A program made the translations under genes and the position numbers. Shown piece after piece: positions 18,701-27,748 of a DNA stretch of 28,182 nucleotides. Origin of the DNA: Deltaproteobacteria bacterium (GTDB lineage Bacteria > Desulfobacterota > Binatia > UBA12015); NCBI GenBank assembly GCA_046583355.1, contig JAYGCM010000001.1, forward strand, positions 1 through 28,182. The letters are read 5' to 3'. Numbering within the stretch: position 1 is the stretch's first letter; each line of letters opens with the position of its first letter. The notes beneath the pieces are model-generated. The model ran no database searches and had not been told where the DNA came from. It saw nothing but the letters and a program-made list of their open reading frames with translations.

Positions 18701-20401
18701 GCACGAGGTGCGGATTACAACATGGCCAGGCAACTCACGATCCCGGCCGGCCAGACCGAGGCCAATCTGGGTTTTTCTGGCCGTTCCGACAATATCTACG
18801 AGGATAATGAAACCGCCATCATCGGCATCCGCAGGGTAGAAGGCGGCGTCGTGACCGATGCTGTCGCTGGACAAGAGGTGCGGATCACCCTCCTCGACGC
18901 CGCGGGTGTGGAACTCAGGATGTGGGAGCCTGACACGGAAGAGGTCGATGCGTTGCGGCTTGAAGAGCGCGGCGGAAACAGCGTCTGGCTCGAAGTAGAA
19001 CTCAGCTGTCGGCCGCTGGGAAGAAGCCTGGGGCGGGTTGTTGTCCATCTCGACAAAGACGGCGATGCTCGTGTCGAAGCAGACTATCGGGGCCTCCCCA
19101 ATCGGTTCGTGTTCGACGAAGAGGCCGGTTCCTGTGGCGCGAAGTTGTTCACTCGAATCACTATCGTAGATGACAATATCTACGAATTGGACAAAACTTT
19201 GGAGATCTCGGTCAGGGAAATCGAGGGTTTTGCTCGTGACTATGACGACTTCGTGTTCCGGATTGACTTGATCAACGACGATCCCATGCCGACTGTGTCG
19301 ATCGACAGGAATCGCACGACTACCGAAATGCACGAAGGAGGGAGCTACAATATTTTTTTCCTGACATCGCATCCCAGCGAGTTGCCGATACAGGTCCGCT
19401 TGCTCCGCGACCCTAGCAGTACCGCGGAAGCGAGCGACTACCGGGCCCCGGAAGCTATAGACCTCGCTATTTCCGGTCCCAACTGGTCGCAAATCTTTGT
19501 CGCAAATGATGACCTTGACGAGCCGACCGAAAGGCTCCACCTTTACATCGAACCGAACAATATTCATACGCGAACCGATTCTACGCGATTCTCACGTGAC
19601 ATCATCGACACGCCGACGGTGGTGGGTCTGCGAGCCTCGCGAGGGAGAGTACCGTTTGGGGAAACCTACACCGTGACAGCGGAGGTATCGCACGCCTCCC
19701 GCGTCAGTCGGTTTGTCGTGTTCTGTGCTAATATTGGGGTCGATAGCCACTGCGCCGATAGGTACACGGTCGTACTGGCCCCAGGCGAGACCAGTACTCA
19801 GATTTCCACACGAAATAACAGCCGGGTTGCACGAAACGTCAACTATCAGTGGTGGGTTGGGGTCCAAAGCGGGCAGGCTGTCTATGCTGGCCGCTTCGGT
19901 TCGGAAAACCGCCTTGGCGTGATCCACGAGCCTGAGCCTGAGCCTGAGCCTTCGTGTCGCAGCTCGGTGCCGCCGGCCCGCCCCGGCTACCGCGAAGGCT
20001 TCGACAACCCTTCGCTGCCCAACTGGAGCTTTATCGATGACCGGAACGAGGGAGGTTGGCACCGGGTGATGGACAGCGAGTTGGTTCTCAACGGAACCGG
20101 CGACGCCGAGCAGAGCGCGACTCTGCACGTTGATTTCTCCGGGCGAACGAGCGGTCAGATGAGATGGGGGTGGGGTAATTTTTCGACCTACTTCGGGTTC
20201 GTGGAGGTGTCGCTCGACGGTCGTAGCTGGACCCAGCTGGACGCAATTCGCGCCAACGATCTGATTCTTGGTGCCGCGGTAATTCAGAACGCTCAAGTTG
20301 CCATTCCTCGGAACAAGCTCGGTCCGTGTACGCAGATACGCTTCTCGGTGACCTCCGATGCAGGTTACGGCATGGCCATCGACAATATCCGAATCGATTG
20401 A
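15758..20401 (+). CDS. Secreted M4 (thermolysin-like) metalloprotease with FTP/PepSY prodomain, Calx-beta repeats and two MAM-like beta-sandwich domains (1547 aa)
   Basis: AAGGA RBS and signal peptide; LRYQQ...V.V.G; VDAVTGEV; LDVMAHEYGHA; GGLHEGFADI; repeated G.DY...DD.IYE..ET; PYTQDFE...IIIDDL and GYREGFD...MAIDNIRID. Confidence 0.88.
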   Translation: MTSSKRKIRRFQQTGLALALISMLSLAVSTDAGAAAAKPPLGGALGSPLAGTYDFSKTEKMLAPMAKKGADSRPDRPAGNFADAKSPVSKPSQGILTDPTKPVARWTVGELSASAPVDNEAALRAAFASYIAREGAVVGVTSLDGLVAQPVRRSPYGAAVLRYQQMIGKVSVLGRGVSVYFDPQGTLRGVAANLAEQTGVKKARLSRSAAEKRVAGEVYSAELVVDPTAGLRMAWRIDHDEEGGTRSMVDAVTGEVYGSRSLSMHIIARGRDLDGNIRRVAAALRNQVPRMNVEARELAADLARYPRGPVNLVRSGNGGLADVFTLDAARQEYVSSRSGSFRATTRNRIAITVHDNLVQSVDHVARSYLGRRGLASFANFNGRPASVVAMVEVPDEWGARWDTLSKRILIGADRAPNRFPGLRHFANGLDVMAHEYGHAIAATNTSLDYAGIGGGLHEGFADIVGFLVEADFNMRNGRPIEWSIAEDAYDPEIAPFGVRYLKDPHVMGMPDSLNSPYFTDDIGPHAMGAILGKVFHLLVEGGVHYGVPVRPLHPQARNGASGHAAARLLAGKVFFEWMLMDVMPQNATFADARRAMELAVVNVLAAENPRQVSFGLLSVANAWASVGVGEPGTGGGCLLPYTQDFELGLDGCWDTSGFAEVTPALNHRGGLELSIFDVAPMLPEVVSSASVHLSAPREPGEYFAAFHLKNFPGSDPREQPGELHLSVDGGPAVPVSQLVVADPVRGERHFVHLEHPAIEAGLASYLTLTFRRDCVIGECGIIIDDLVVGTAGDVAFLQDEDPLREIALRLVRLEISPDRVREDDPAEPNADGPGFWISIVRDEPFSDSETFIVSLTGAQAGTDYQVAFDPRVTLVPGESVKRLFVAVLDDELYEYDETLQVSLQQVFPSVLDQEPWLVEVPGARATMVIESDDAPPIVRIATDDRDIRETSGSAGRTPIHVDLDSISGEDVTINFSFDGDAARGADYNMARQLTIPAGQTEANLGFSGRSDNIYEDNETAIIGIRRVEGGVVTDAVAGQEVRITLLDAAGVELRMWEPDTEEVDALRLEERGGNSVWLEVELSCRPLGRSLGRVVVHLDKDGDARVEADYRGLPNRFVFDEEAGSCGAKLFTRITIVDDNIYELDKTLEISVREIEGFARDYDDFVFRIDLINDDPMPTVSIDRNRTTTEMHEGGSYNIFFLTSHPSELPIQVRLLRDPSSTAEASDYRAPEAIDLAISGPNWSQIFVANDDLDEPTERLHLYIEPNNIHTRTDSTRFSRDIIDTPTVVGLRASRGRVPFGETYTVTAEVSHASRVSRFVVFCANIGVDSHCADRYTVVLAPGETSTQISTRNNSRVARNVNYQWWVGVQSGQAVYAGRFGSENRLGVIHEPEPEPEPSCRSSVPPARPGYREGFDNPSLPNWSFIDDRNEGGWHRVMDSELVLNGTGDAEQSATLHVDFSGRTSGQMRWGWGNFSTYFGFVEVSLDGRSWTQLDAIRANDLILGAAVIQNAQVAIPRNKLGPCTQIRFSVTSDAGYGMAIDNIRID
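19928..19951 (+). repeat. (GAGCCT)4 encoding an EP linker
   Basis: Four perfect in-frame hexamers before the last domain of the protease. Confidence 0.85.
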
Positions 20402-20537
20402 CCAGGGGTGATATGGTCGCGCGCCCGGACTCATTCGGGCCGATCTCCTGACGAATCCCGAGGAGAATTGCGAGAGGCCCAGTCCAGGGCGAGACTGAGA
20501 GTGGCGCGGGAGAGTGGCGGAAGTTCGAGACCGGCGC

Positions 20538-20642
20538 GGCCGCTGGACCGCGAAAGACCCGATACTCTTCAACGGCGGCCAGACGAACCTGTACGCCCAG
20601 GTCGGCAACGACCCCATCGGCCAAATTGCCCCCCTGGGGCTG
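20538..20642 (+). pseudogene. RHS repeat-associated core remnant
   Basis: [35 protein letters not shown] matches the RHS core end motif, with DPxG decayed to APLG. Confidence 0.82.
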
Positions 20643-21221
20643 CGACGTATTCTTGACCCCGCCTTCGTCCCGGACTGTTCCTTCGGGCTGGTCAAAATGG
20701 TTAGGGAGGCACCAGTCACAATCTGCCCTCCGGCGGCACGCCTCCCCGTCGAAAAGGTGCCTCATGACGATAGGTTGGCAAGCCAGGATACGGGCCTCGG
20801 CGAGGCACGGGTATCAGGCAGCTGGACCGGCGTTGTTTCTCGCGGGCCTGATCTTCGGCGTGACGCCAGGGGTACGAGGTGACGCGGGCGGGACTGCGCC
20901 ACCGGCGCGGGAGGTGAATCGCCGGCCTCGCGTCGGCCGCCATCCGCGCGGGTCATGGACGCAAATTCTTTCCGGCAGCGGCCCTGCTGGCGACGGATAT
21001 TGAAGATCTGCGTGATAAGGTTCCAACCAAGGTTCCGGGTCGGCGTCGCATGGCCGTATGATTACCGCTCGATCTGAATGTCGGATCCCGATCCCCTGAC
21101 TTTCCCCCCGATTCCGGCTAATGAGCAGGTATCGCTTGGAGCGGAAACGGTCCAGGCGGCGCCAATCCCCCCGGATCCTCCCAGGATTCGCGAACCCCGA
21201 CTGTCGTAAGATAGGGCACTC

Positions 21222-24200
21222 ATGCGTGTACGGCCGAAACCAACCACTCCCCCGCGCTCTTCCTCACAGCTCTTGGCCGCAGAACCGACGGCGAATCTTC
21301 TCCACTTGGGGCGCCCCGGCGCGGAGCTCGGATTGGTCGGGCGGCAGACGGAACTCACCCAGCTGACCTCCTGGCTCGATGCGGCCATCGCCGGGCGCGG
21401 CGGCCTCGGTCTATTGAGCGGCCCGGCGGGCATCGGCAAGACCGCCCTTCTCCAGAGCCTCAGTGAACGAGCGCGTGGTCGCGACATGGCTGTCGCCTGG
21501 GGCAGCGTCGAGACGGGCATGCGATCCCGACCGCCGTGGCCTTGGCCGACCATACTCCGCCGGCTCGGCCACCCGCGTTGCCGCCAACTCGCCGACGAAC
21601 TCGTAGCGATGATTCCCCCCCGCACGCCTGCCCACGCACCACTCGGCGGGGCCGGCGAACGACCCGTCGATCAGATGCTGAACCAGATCATCGATGTCCT
21701 CACCGAAGCCGCGTGTGAGCGGCCCCAGCTCATTGTCCTCGACAGAGCGCAGGATCTCGACCCGACGTCCATCGACTTCCTGCGCCTCTTCAGCGACAGC
21801 ACCGAGCACCTCCCCCTGCTGATCATCGCCGCCACCCGACCGACCGGCGACACAACCCAACAGGAACTCGCCTTCGCCGCAGGCGACAGAACCCTCGAGG
21901 TGCAGCCGCTCGGGCCCCTGGCGATCGCCAGGATCCTCGGCAAAGCCACTACGGCGGAACTCGGTGGCGATGCCACCGCATTGCGGATCACCGCAGGAGT
22001 TCCGCTCATCGCGCTGACCCTCCGCGGCACTGCTGCGAAGCATTTCAGACCGCGCGAAACCGACACGATCCGCGAACGGATCGTAGAGCTCGTCGGTACA
22101 CAACTCGCGCAGCTCGACCCGGCACTGCGCGGCCTCATCGAGGCATGCGCGGTCTGCGATGGCGCCGTCGAACTGAGCTTGCTCGCGCGGATCCTCGACG
22201 CGGAGATCGACACCATCGAACGGTGGCTCGAACGGTCGGAAGTGAAGCGGTTCATCGAGCGCGAGCGCACGGAAGAATCCGATCTGCTGGAACTCCCCCA
22301 CCGACTGCTGGGCGATGCCGTGCGCGCGGGGACCGACCCTGGCGACCGCCGCAGCCTGCATGCGCGCTTCGCGGCAGAGTGGATCGAGCGGGCGGCCAGG
22401 GGCATCCTCGTCGCGCCGGAGACCATCGCCTACCACGCCTGCCGAGGCGTGCCGATCCTCCCTGCTGCGGTCGCCGCCGAGTGGGCCTGCCATGCCGCAG
22501 GCAACGCCAACTTCGTCGGCTCGCATTCCACCGCTCAATCCTGGGTGCGATCGGGCACGCAAGCACTCGACATTTCGGCGGCCCCGAGCGACCAGCAGGT
22601 CCGCCTCGACCTCCAGGTCGAGATGTTCGTAGCGACGCTGGGGAAGGCTCCGACGGAATCGATCCGCCACCTCGACGCCATCCAGAGCCTCGCGACGCAG
22701 CTCGGCCCCGCGGCGCTCGGGAACGCCGGCTTCTCGATCGTGGACACCGCCGACCTGGCATATTCCGATGCGGCCACCCTCACGGCTGTCGTGAACCTCC
22801 TCGATACGGCAATTGTCGCGCAGCCGTCGGCCACGGCGAGGTACGCCGGCCTGCTCTCCAGCAAAGCCTTTGTTCTCGGCCATCTCGGCAACGTCGAAGG
22901 GGCCCGCCAGGCGGCCAAGGCAGCATTCGACGCCAGCGAGGCGCAGGCGAAGGATTGTGCCTCGCGGCCGGGTGCCGCGCTCGCCCGCCTGCGCTTCGAC
23001 CCCTTCGGCCAGACCCTCCCCGAGCGAATCGAATTGGCGCTCGGACTCAGCGTGAAAGAGGGTGATTCGCGTGGTCACGCCACGGCGGGCCTGGCCCGCG
23101 GGCATGCAATGGTGGATCAGTTCGCGCTTGGGGCCGTACCCGAGGCCACGGCGCTGCTCGCGCAGATCGAGGCCGGCGTCGCCCAGACCCCAGAGCATCC
23201 GCTGAGCTGGTACCCGCACCACCTCCGTGCGGTCCGCGCCGTGATGTGCCTGGAAGTCGAACCGGCACGAGATGCACTCGAAGCCTCCCTCGCCGCCGCG
23301 GCTACGCCGGCGAGCACCATGGTTGCCTACAGCGCGGCCATGGTGCTGCTCGGCCAATGGCACGAATTCACCGGTGACTGGCTGGACATAGACGGGCTCG
23401 TCGCACCCGAGGAAACGACCCGCCGCCGCGTGCGAACGATCACCGTCGAGAGCATTCGCGGGCCGATCGAAATTGTCGGTGCGCCGAATCGCGCGCTCGA
23501 GGCGGCCCTGCTCAAAGACCGGGCCGCGGGCGACGCTGCCAGCGCGGTGTACGCGGAGCTCACCCTACGGGCTCGCGACGGCTTCCGCGACATTCCGATC
23601 GATGCCAGCTGGATCCCCACGCTCGGTCTTCTCGCCGAGGCATCGGCGCTGCTGGCCCATCGCGCCTCCGCTGCGGTCCTGCGCGAACAGCTGCGGCCCT
23701 ACGAGAGCCGTTTCATCGTGGCACCGCATGCAATCGCAGTGAGCGGCATCGTCGCGGGTTACCTCGCCCCGCTCGCCGCAATGCTCGACGAACCCGACGA
23801 GGCCGAGCAACTCGCACGCCTGGCGATCGACGAGAACGACCGGGTGGGCCTGCCCTTCTATGCCACGCGCGCGCGCCTCGACCTGGCCGACACCCTGCGC
23901 GCGCGCGGCTCTACTGAGGACCAGAGCGAGGCGAACACGCTCGTCGTGACAGCGCGGTCGACCATCGATCGCCTCGGCATGGCCGGGCTGCGCGCCAGGC
24001 TGGCAACGCTCGATGCCGACACCCCCCCATCCCCACAAGCAACGCTGATCACGGTGGCCCCCGCCGCAGCCGGACTCTGGCGCCGCGGCGACGTCTGGAT
24101 CATCCGCTGGGAGTCGCAGGAGATTCATCTGCGCAACCAGCGCGGCCTCGCCTTCCTGCACGCACTCGTCGAGCGCCCCGGCGAAGCGATCCATGTGCGC

Positions 24201-24665
24201 GAATTGATGCTCCTGGGCAAGACCGCACCGGCCTCGAAGCGAGGCGTGGCCGAGCTTCGCTCCGGCGAGATGCACAGCACCTCCGGCGAAGGCCTCCCCG
24301 TGCTGGATGAGCAGGCGCTCTCCGCCTATCGCTCACGCCTGCGCGAGATCGGCGAGGATCTCGCGCAGGCAGAGGAAGAGTCCGACCTCGGTCGCGCCGA
24401 GGTTCTGCGTGCGGAACAGGACGCCCTGCTGGAAGAGGTCAAGGGCGCCACCGGACTCGGCGGCCGACGCCGCAAGACCGGCTCGGACGTGGAGCGGGCG
24501 CGTGTGGCCGTCCGCAAGCGCCTCAAATCCGTTCTGGAACGGCTGCGCCGGGAACTTCCGCCCCTGCATCTGCATTTCAATGCGAGCCTGAGAACCGGCA
24601 CCTTCTGCTGCTACGAACCCGAGGTCTCGCGCGTCTGGACGACCACCGACCCCAACGGCATCTGA
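21222..24665 (+). CDS. Large STAND-type AAA ATPase regulator (1147 aa) with helical repeats and a putative C-terminal DNA-binding region
   Basis: LVGRQTEL..L, Walker A GPAGIGKT, LIVLD, TAGVPL (GxP), C-terminal RGLAFLHALVERPG..IH...LDEQA..AYR.RL...ERARVAVRKR...RTG.FC.Y. Confidence 0.85.
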   Translation: MRVRPKPTTPPRSSSQLLAAEPTANLLHLGRPGAELGLVGRQTELTQLTSWLDAAIAGRGGLGLLSGPAGIGKTALLQSLSERARGRDMAVAWGSVETGMRSRPPWPWPTILRRLGHPRCRQLADELVAMIPPRTPAHAPLGGAGERPVDQMLNQIIDVLTEAACERPQLIVLDRAQDLDPTSIDFLRLFSDSTEHLPLLIIAATRPTGDTTQQELAFAAGDRTLEVQPLGPLAIARILGKATTAELGGDATALRITAGVPLIALTLRGTAAKHFRPRETDTIRERIVELVGTQLAQLDPALRGLIEACAVCDGAVELSLLARILDAEIDTIERWLERSEVKRFIERERTEESDLLELPHRLLGDAVRAGTDPGDRRSLHARFAAEWIERAARGILVAPETIAYHACRGVPILPAAVAAEWACHAAGNANFVGSHSTAQSWVRSGTQALDISAAPSDQQVRLDLQVEMFVATLGKAPTESIRHLDAIQSLATQLGPAALGNAGFSIVDTADLAYSDAATLTAVVNLLDTAIVAQPSATARYAGLLSSKAFVLGHLGNVEGARQAAKAAFDASEAQAKDCASRPGAALARLRFDPFGQTLPERIELALGLSVKEGDSRGHATAGLARGHAMVDQFALGAVPEATALLAQIEAGVAQTPEHPLSWYPHHLRAVRAVMCLEVEPARDALEASLAAAATPASTMVAYSAAMVLLGQWHEFTGDWLDIDGLVAPEETTRRRVRTITVESIRGPIEIVGAPNRALEAALLKDRAAGDAASAVYAELTLRARDGFRDIPIDASWIPTLGLLAEASALLAHRASAAVLREQLRPYESRFIVAPHAIAVSGIVAGYLAPLAAMLDEPDEAEQLARLAIDENDRVGLPFYATRARLDLADTLRARGSTEDQSEANTLVVTARSTIDRLGMAGLRARLATLDADTPPSPQATLITVAPAAAGLWRRGDVWIIRWESQEIHLRNQRGLAFLHALVERPGEAIHVRELMLLGKTAPASKRGVAELRSGEMHSTSGEGLPVLDEQALSAYRSRLREIGEDLAQAEEESDLGRAEVLRAEQDALLEEVKGATGLGGRRRKTGSDVERARVAVRKRLKSVLERLRRELPPLHLHFNASLRTGTFCCYEPEVSRVWTTTDPNGI

Positions 24666-24764
24666 AGCCGGCCTCGTCCGGACCAGATACGCGCCTGACC
24701 GGATCGGTCGGTGGTTGAGAGGAAATCGATCTTTCCGGTCCGCCGGACCTCCAGCGTCTGGCGG

Positions 24765-24844
24765 GGGCACCTTGTGCCGTACAACGTCACTCCCTTCCGT
24801 CGACGGCATACCAGTCGCGTGCCCTGCCAACCCCGCATCCGAAC
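24765..24844 (+). promoter_or_regulatory. Degenerate third copy of the leader motif
   Basis: GGGCAC-ctt-GTGCCg-N5-CGTCAC with the same spacing as copies 1 and 2; CGCATCCGAAC (24834-24844) identical to copy 2. Confidence 0.6.
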
Positions 24845-24967
24845 GATGCCCTGCGAAGAGGAGCAACGACAATGAACCGATAACGACGAATAGTCGAACC
24901 ACCGCCTTCGGCATTGGCGCCGACCGGAATGGAAACGATCGCACCAACAACCGAGAGGATCATCACC

Positions 24968-25093
24968 ATGCCCACCAAATCAATTATGTCATATACCCTT
25001 CTTTTCGCGATGGCCCTGGCTGTCGTGCCCGGCAGCGGGTACGCGCTTGGCAGATGGAACTGGGTGGCCAGCGGCCTGTTTGAAGCGGATTGA
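24968..25093 (+). pseudogene. 41-codon ORF that is mostly a signal peptide (truncated secreted gene or small peptide)
   Basis: GAGAGGA RBS; MPTKSIMSYTLLFAMALAVVPGSGYA-LGRWNWVASGLFEAD*. Confidence 0.5.
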
Positions 25094-25210
25094 CACATTG
25101 ATTGAACTCGCGTGTCCGCTCCGGGGAGTTCCGGCCATGGGTGGAATTGTCCATCATGGCGCCGAAGGTATGCGGGTCGAGACTCTGGAGCATCCCAGGC
25201 CGCACCCCAA

Positions 25211-25254
25211 TGTCCGGCTAAAACAAAATCAAATATTACGATATCCGCTACTGG
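25211..25254 (+). repeat. 44-bp direct repeat with an AT-rich core, copy 1
   Basis: TGTCCGGCTAAAACAAAATCAAATATTACGATATCCGCTACTGG; 37/44 identical to 25396-25439. Confidence 0.85.
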
Positions 25255-25386
25255 GGCGCGATGGATACGCTGATCGCTGCGCATGCGATCGGCCTGGGTG
25301 CGGTGCTGGTAACCGGAAACCGTCGCCATTTCGGCCGCGTAGCCGGACTGCGCCTGGAGGACTGGCGCGACGCCACAAAAATCTAG
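25255..25386 (+). pseudogene. vapC: C-terminal fragment of a VapC/PIN toxin
   Basis: [38 protein letters not shown]-terminal part absent. Confidence 0.85.
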
Positions 25387-25395
25387 CCCGCAATC

Positions 25396-25439
25396 TGTCC
25401 GGCTAAAGCAAAATTGAATATCGCGATAGCCGCTACCGG
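25396..25439 (+). repeat. 44-bp direct repeat with an AT-rich core, copy 2
   Basis: TGTCCGGCTAAAGCAAAATTGAATATCGCGATAGCCGCTACCGG. Confidence 0.85.
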
Positions 25440-25482
25440 CTGGAGAGTGGCGCGGATCTCTTGCGCCAGAGTTTTCTGATTT

Positions 25483-26967
25483 TCAGCCCCGGCTGAAGGG
25501 CGATTCGGGGTGGCGCTCGGGCGGCAGCGGGATATGCGTCTCCGCGTTCGGCGTGAAACGCCCGCCCATGGGGTCCATGGAGTCGAGCAGGGCGCGCGTT
25601 TTGGCTCGCGCCGAGCCGACGTCGAGCTCGCTCACGGTATCGCCGAGCGTCTCGATATCGGGCTTGCGCGCCAGGCGAAAGAAATCGACCACCGACTCGA
25701 TCTCGCTGAGATGGCTGTCGCGAATTCCGTCGCCGCGCTGCACCTGCGTCGGCATGGCAGCCAGCAGCCCATCGAGTCGGGCCAGGGCGGCATCGAGGCC
25801 ATCTGGAGTGTCGAGGCGAATCACCAGATCATCGGCGCTGTGCTTGGCGGTCGCGAATTCGACCAGCTCGCCCTTGTTGTCTGTCAGCCGGAAGGAGTAG
25901 AACATTTCGCCGAGTCCGTCGGCGGGCGGGTCGCTTGTGAGGCTCAGACGCACCTCGGCAAAGATCGCCTCGGAAGCATCGAGTAATTGATAGGCACCGG
26001 CGCGCCGTGAGAGCAGGCTGATGCGCTCGCGGTCAACCCATCCGACCCAGGGGAACTCGTCTCTTGTCGTCAGGCCGAGAAAATATCCGGTGCCGACGCG
26101 GTGGTGTTTCCATTCGACCTTCGCGATATAGAGCGAGTCGCCGAGCGTCACCCAATCGGCACCGATGGCCCAGCCATAACAACCGCAATGGTAGGCCCGG
26201 AGCGTGTCATGCCCGTCGGCACCGCGAATCGTATCGACGCCTTCCATGCTCTGGCGGTGGTAGGAGAGTTCGCGCGCGTGGTGGATCTTCCAATTCACTC
26301 CCTCGACGTGCCAGAGCGAGTCGGCCTCGGCGACAGGCTCGGCCGCCTCGCCTTCCCGCAAGCGCAGGTTCACGCGTCGGCCGGCGATCTCGTACCAGAC
26401 GACCAGCTCGCGGCCGGTATCGGTGGCGTGCAGGTTGCGAAAGACGCTGAGGTCGCGGCTACCGGTGGTCGTCTCCAGCCAATCCTGAAGCAGCGACTGT
26501 TCTTTCTGGTTCTGCCCCTCTTCGTCCCAGGAGACTTCGAGCCCCCAGCCTTCGACCTCGATCGGCGCGGGCGGGGCAAGCAGCGTATACTCTTCGGCCA
26601 CCTGCACGCCGGCCGGCTCGAGCCAGCCTTCGACACGCACGCGCCGCGGCCAGGCTTGGCCCGGAGTGATCTCGGACTCGGAATGCCGCAGGATCATGGT
26701 TGTCGCGCCGGCCGTGAGCAGGAGAGCCTCGGCCGAGAGGATCGCGCCACCGGCGACGGCACCGGAGGGCGCACGCCCTGCCGCGATCCGGGTGAGCGTC
26801 GCGATGGTTTTGCCGTCGACGCGCAGCTCACTTTGCTCGGAGCCGGGCTTCGTCAGGCGCAGAATTGTGCGCTCCGGGGCTCCTGCCGCCGTGCCCGCAC
26901 CGGCTATCAGGACGAGCAATGCACTGGCCGCAAGAGCCATCGCCTCGAATCGAATCCGCATCCCCAA
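25483..26967 (-). CDS. Secreted hypothetical protein (494 aa)
   Basis: Long ORF with natural composition and an N-terminal signal peptide; no family recognised. Confidence 0.75.
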   Translation of the reverse strand: MGMRIRFEAMALAASALLVLIAGAGTAAGAPERTILRLTKPGSEQSELRVDGKTIATLTRIAAGRAPSGAVAGGAILSAEALLLTAGATTMILRHSESEITPGQAWPRRVRVEGWLEPAGVQVAEEYTLLAPPAPIEVEGWGLEVSWDEEGQNQKEQSLLQDWLETTTGSRDLSVFRNLHATDTGRELVVWYEIAGRRVNLRLREGEAAEPVAEADSLWHVEGVNWKIHHARELSYHRQSMEGVDTIRGADGHDTLRAYHCGCYGWAIGADWVTLGDSLYIAKVEWKHHRVGTGYFLGLTTRDEFPWVGWVDRERISLLSRRAGAYQLLDASEAIFAEVRLSLTSDPPADGLGEMFYSFRLTDNKGELVEFATAKHSADDLVIRLDTPDGLDAALARLDGLLAAMPTQVQRGDGIRDSHLSEIESVVDFFRLARKPDIETLGDTVSELDVGSARAKTRALLDSMDPMGGRFTPNAETHIPLPPERHPESPFSRG

Positions 26968-27054
26968 TTCGATAGCCGCGCAGGGCGCAGCGGGCCAATC
27001 ACGGCTTTGCCGTAGAGAGGGCGTCGATTCTGGCTCTCTGCGTCCTGGTGACGG

Positions 27055-27744
27055 CTACGCGGCGTTCTGCTGGCGCCAGAGGATAGCGCCTTGCCCCAGG
27101 GAATAGAGGTACGTACCCGCGAACGCCGCCCCGATCGGAAGAGCGGTGACGGGGAGGATCCAGGCGACGCCCAGCGCGAGGTTGACCAGTCCGACTGCCG
27201 GCGTAGATGTGGCGAGGCTTCGAATGGAGAAGACGAGTGGATAGGGCACCTGCATCGAGACGGCGTTCAAGATGAGCACCATGCTGAGAATCGGCTCTGC
27301 CGCGATATCGAGATGCGTGGCGATGATCAGCGCGAAGAAGATGTGCCGGATCAATTCGTTGGTGGGAGAACCGGTGCCGGTCTTCGGCACGGGAGTCAGC
27401 CGAGAGACGACACGCGCCATGATGGAAACCACGGCGACGAGGGAGAGCAGCGCGCAAAGGCCCCCAAAGTGCATCCCCACGGCCATCACCACGAGAACGT
27501 GCGCGACCGCGTCACACACATTATCAAGCACGGCTCCGAAGTCGCTCTTGAGATCCAATGCCCTCGCGAGGATCCCGTCGAGGTCATCCATCACGTTATT
27601 GTAGACAAGCAGCGGAAGCAGATACGCGAATCCGTCCTCCAGGAAAAGGATCGCAAGTGGGAGAACCCCGAGGATAGAGACGAGGTTCGGGATGTTGCGG
27701 AAGAGGTACGTCCGAGGGCCTGCCATGACTGGAGTTCCGCTCAC
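27055..27744 (-). CDS. CDP-alcohol phosphatidyltransferase family protein
   Basis: IPNLVS and DDLDGILARALDLKSDFGAVLDNVCD signature; start could be ATG 27726. Confidence 0.9.
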   Translation of the reverse strand: MSGTPVMAGPRTYLFRNIPNLVSILGVLPLAILFLEDGFAYLLPLLVYNNVMDDLDGILARALDLKSDFGAVLDNVCDAVAHVLVVMAVGMHFGGLCALLSLVAVVSIMARVVSRLTPVPKTGTGSPTNELIRHIFFALIIATHLDIAAEPILSMVLILNAVSMQVPYPLVFSIRSLATSTPAVGLVNLALGVAWILPVTALPIGAAFAGTYLYSLGQGAILWRQQNAA

Positions 27745-27748
27745 CCGT

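Noticed and set aside
25211..25439. CRISPR array, attC or dif interpretation of the 44-bp repeats
   Set aside because: Only two copies, 141-bp coding spacer, no cas or integrase, no GTTRRRY/RYYYAAC pair, no XerC/D arms
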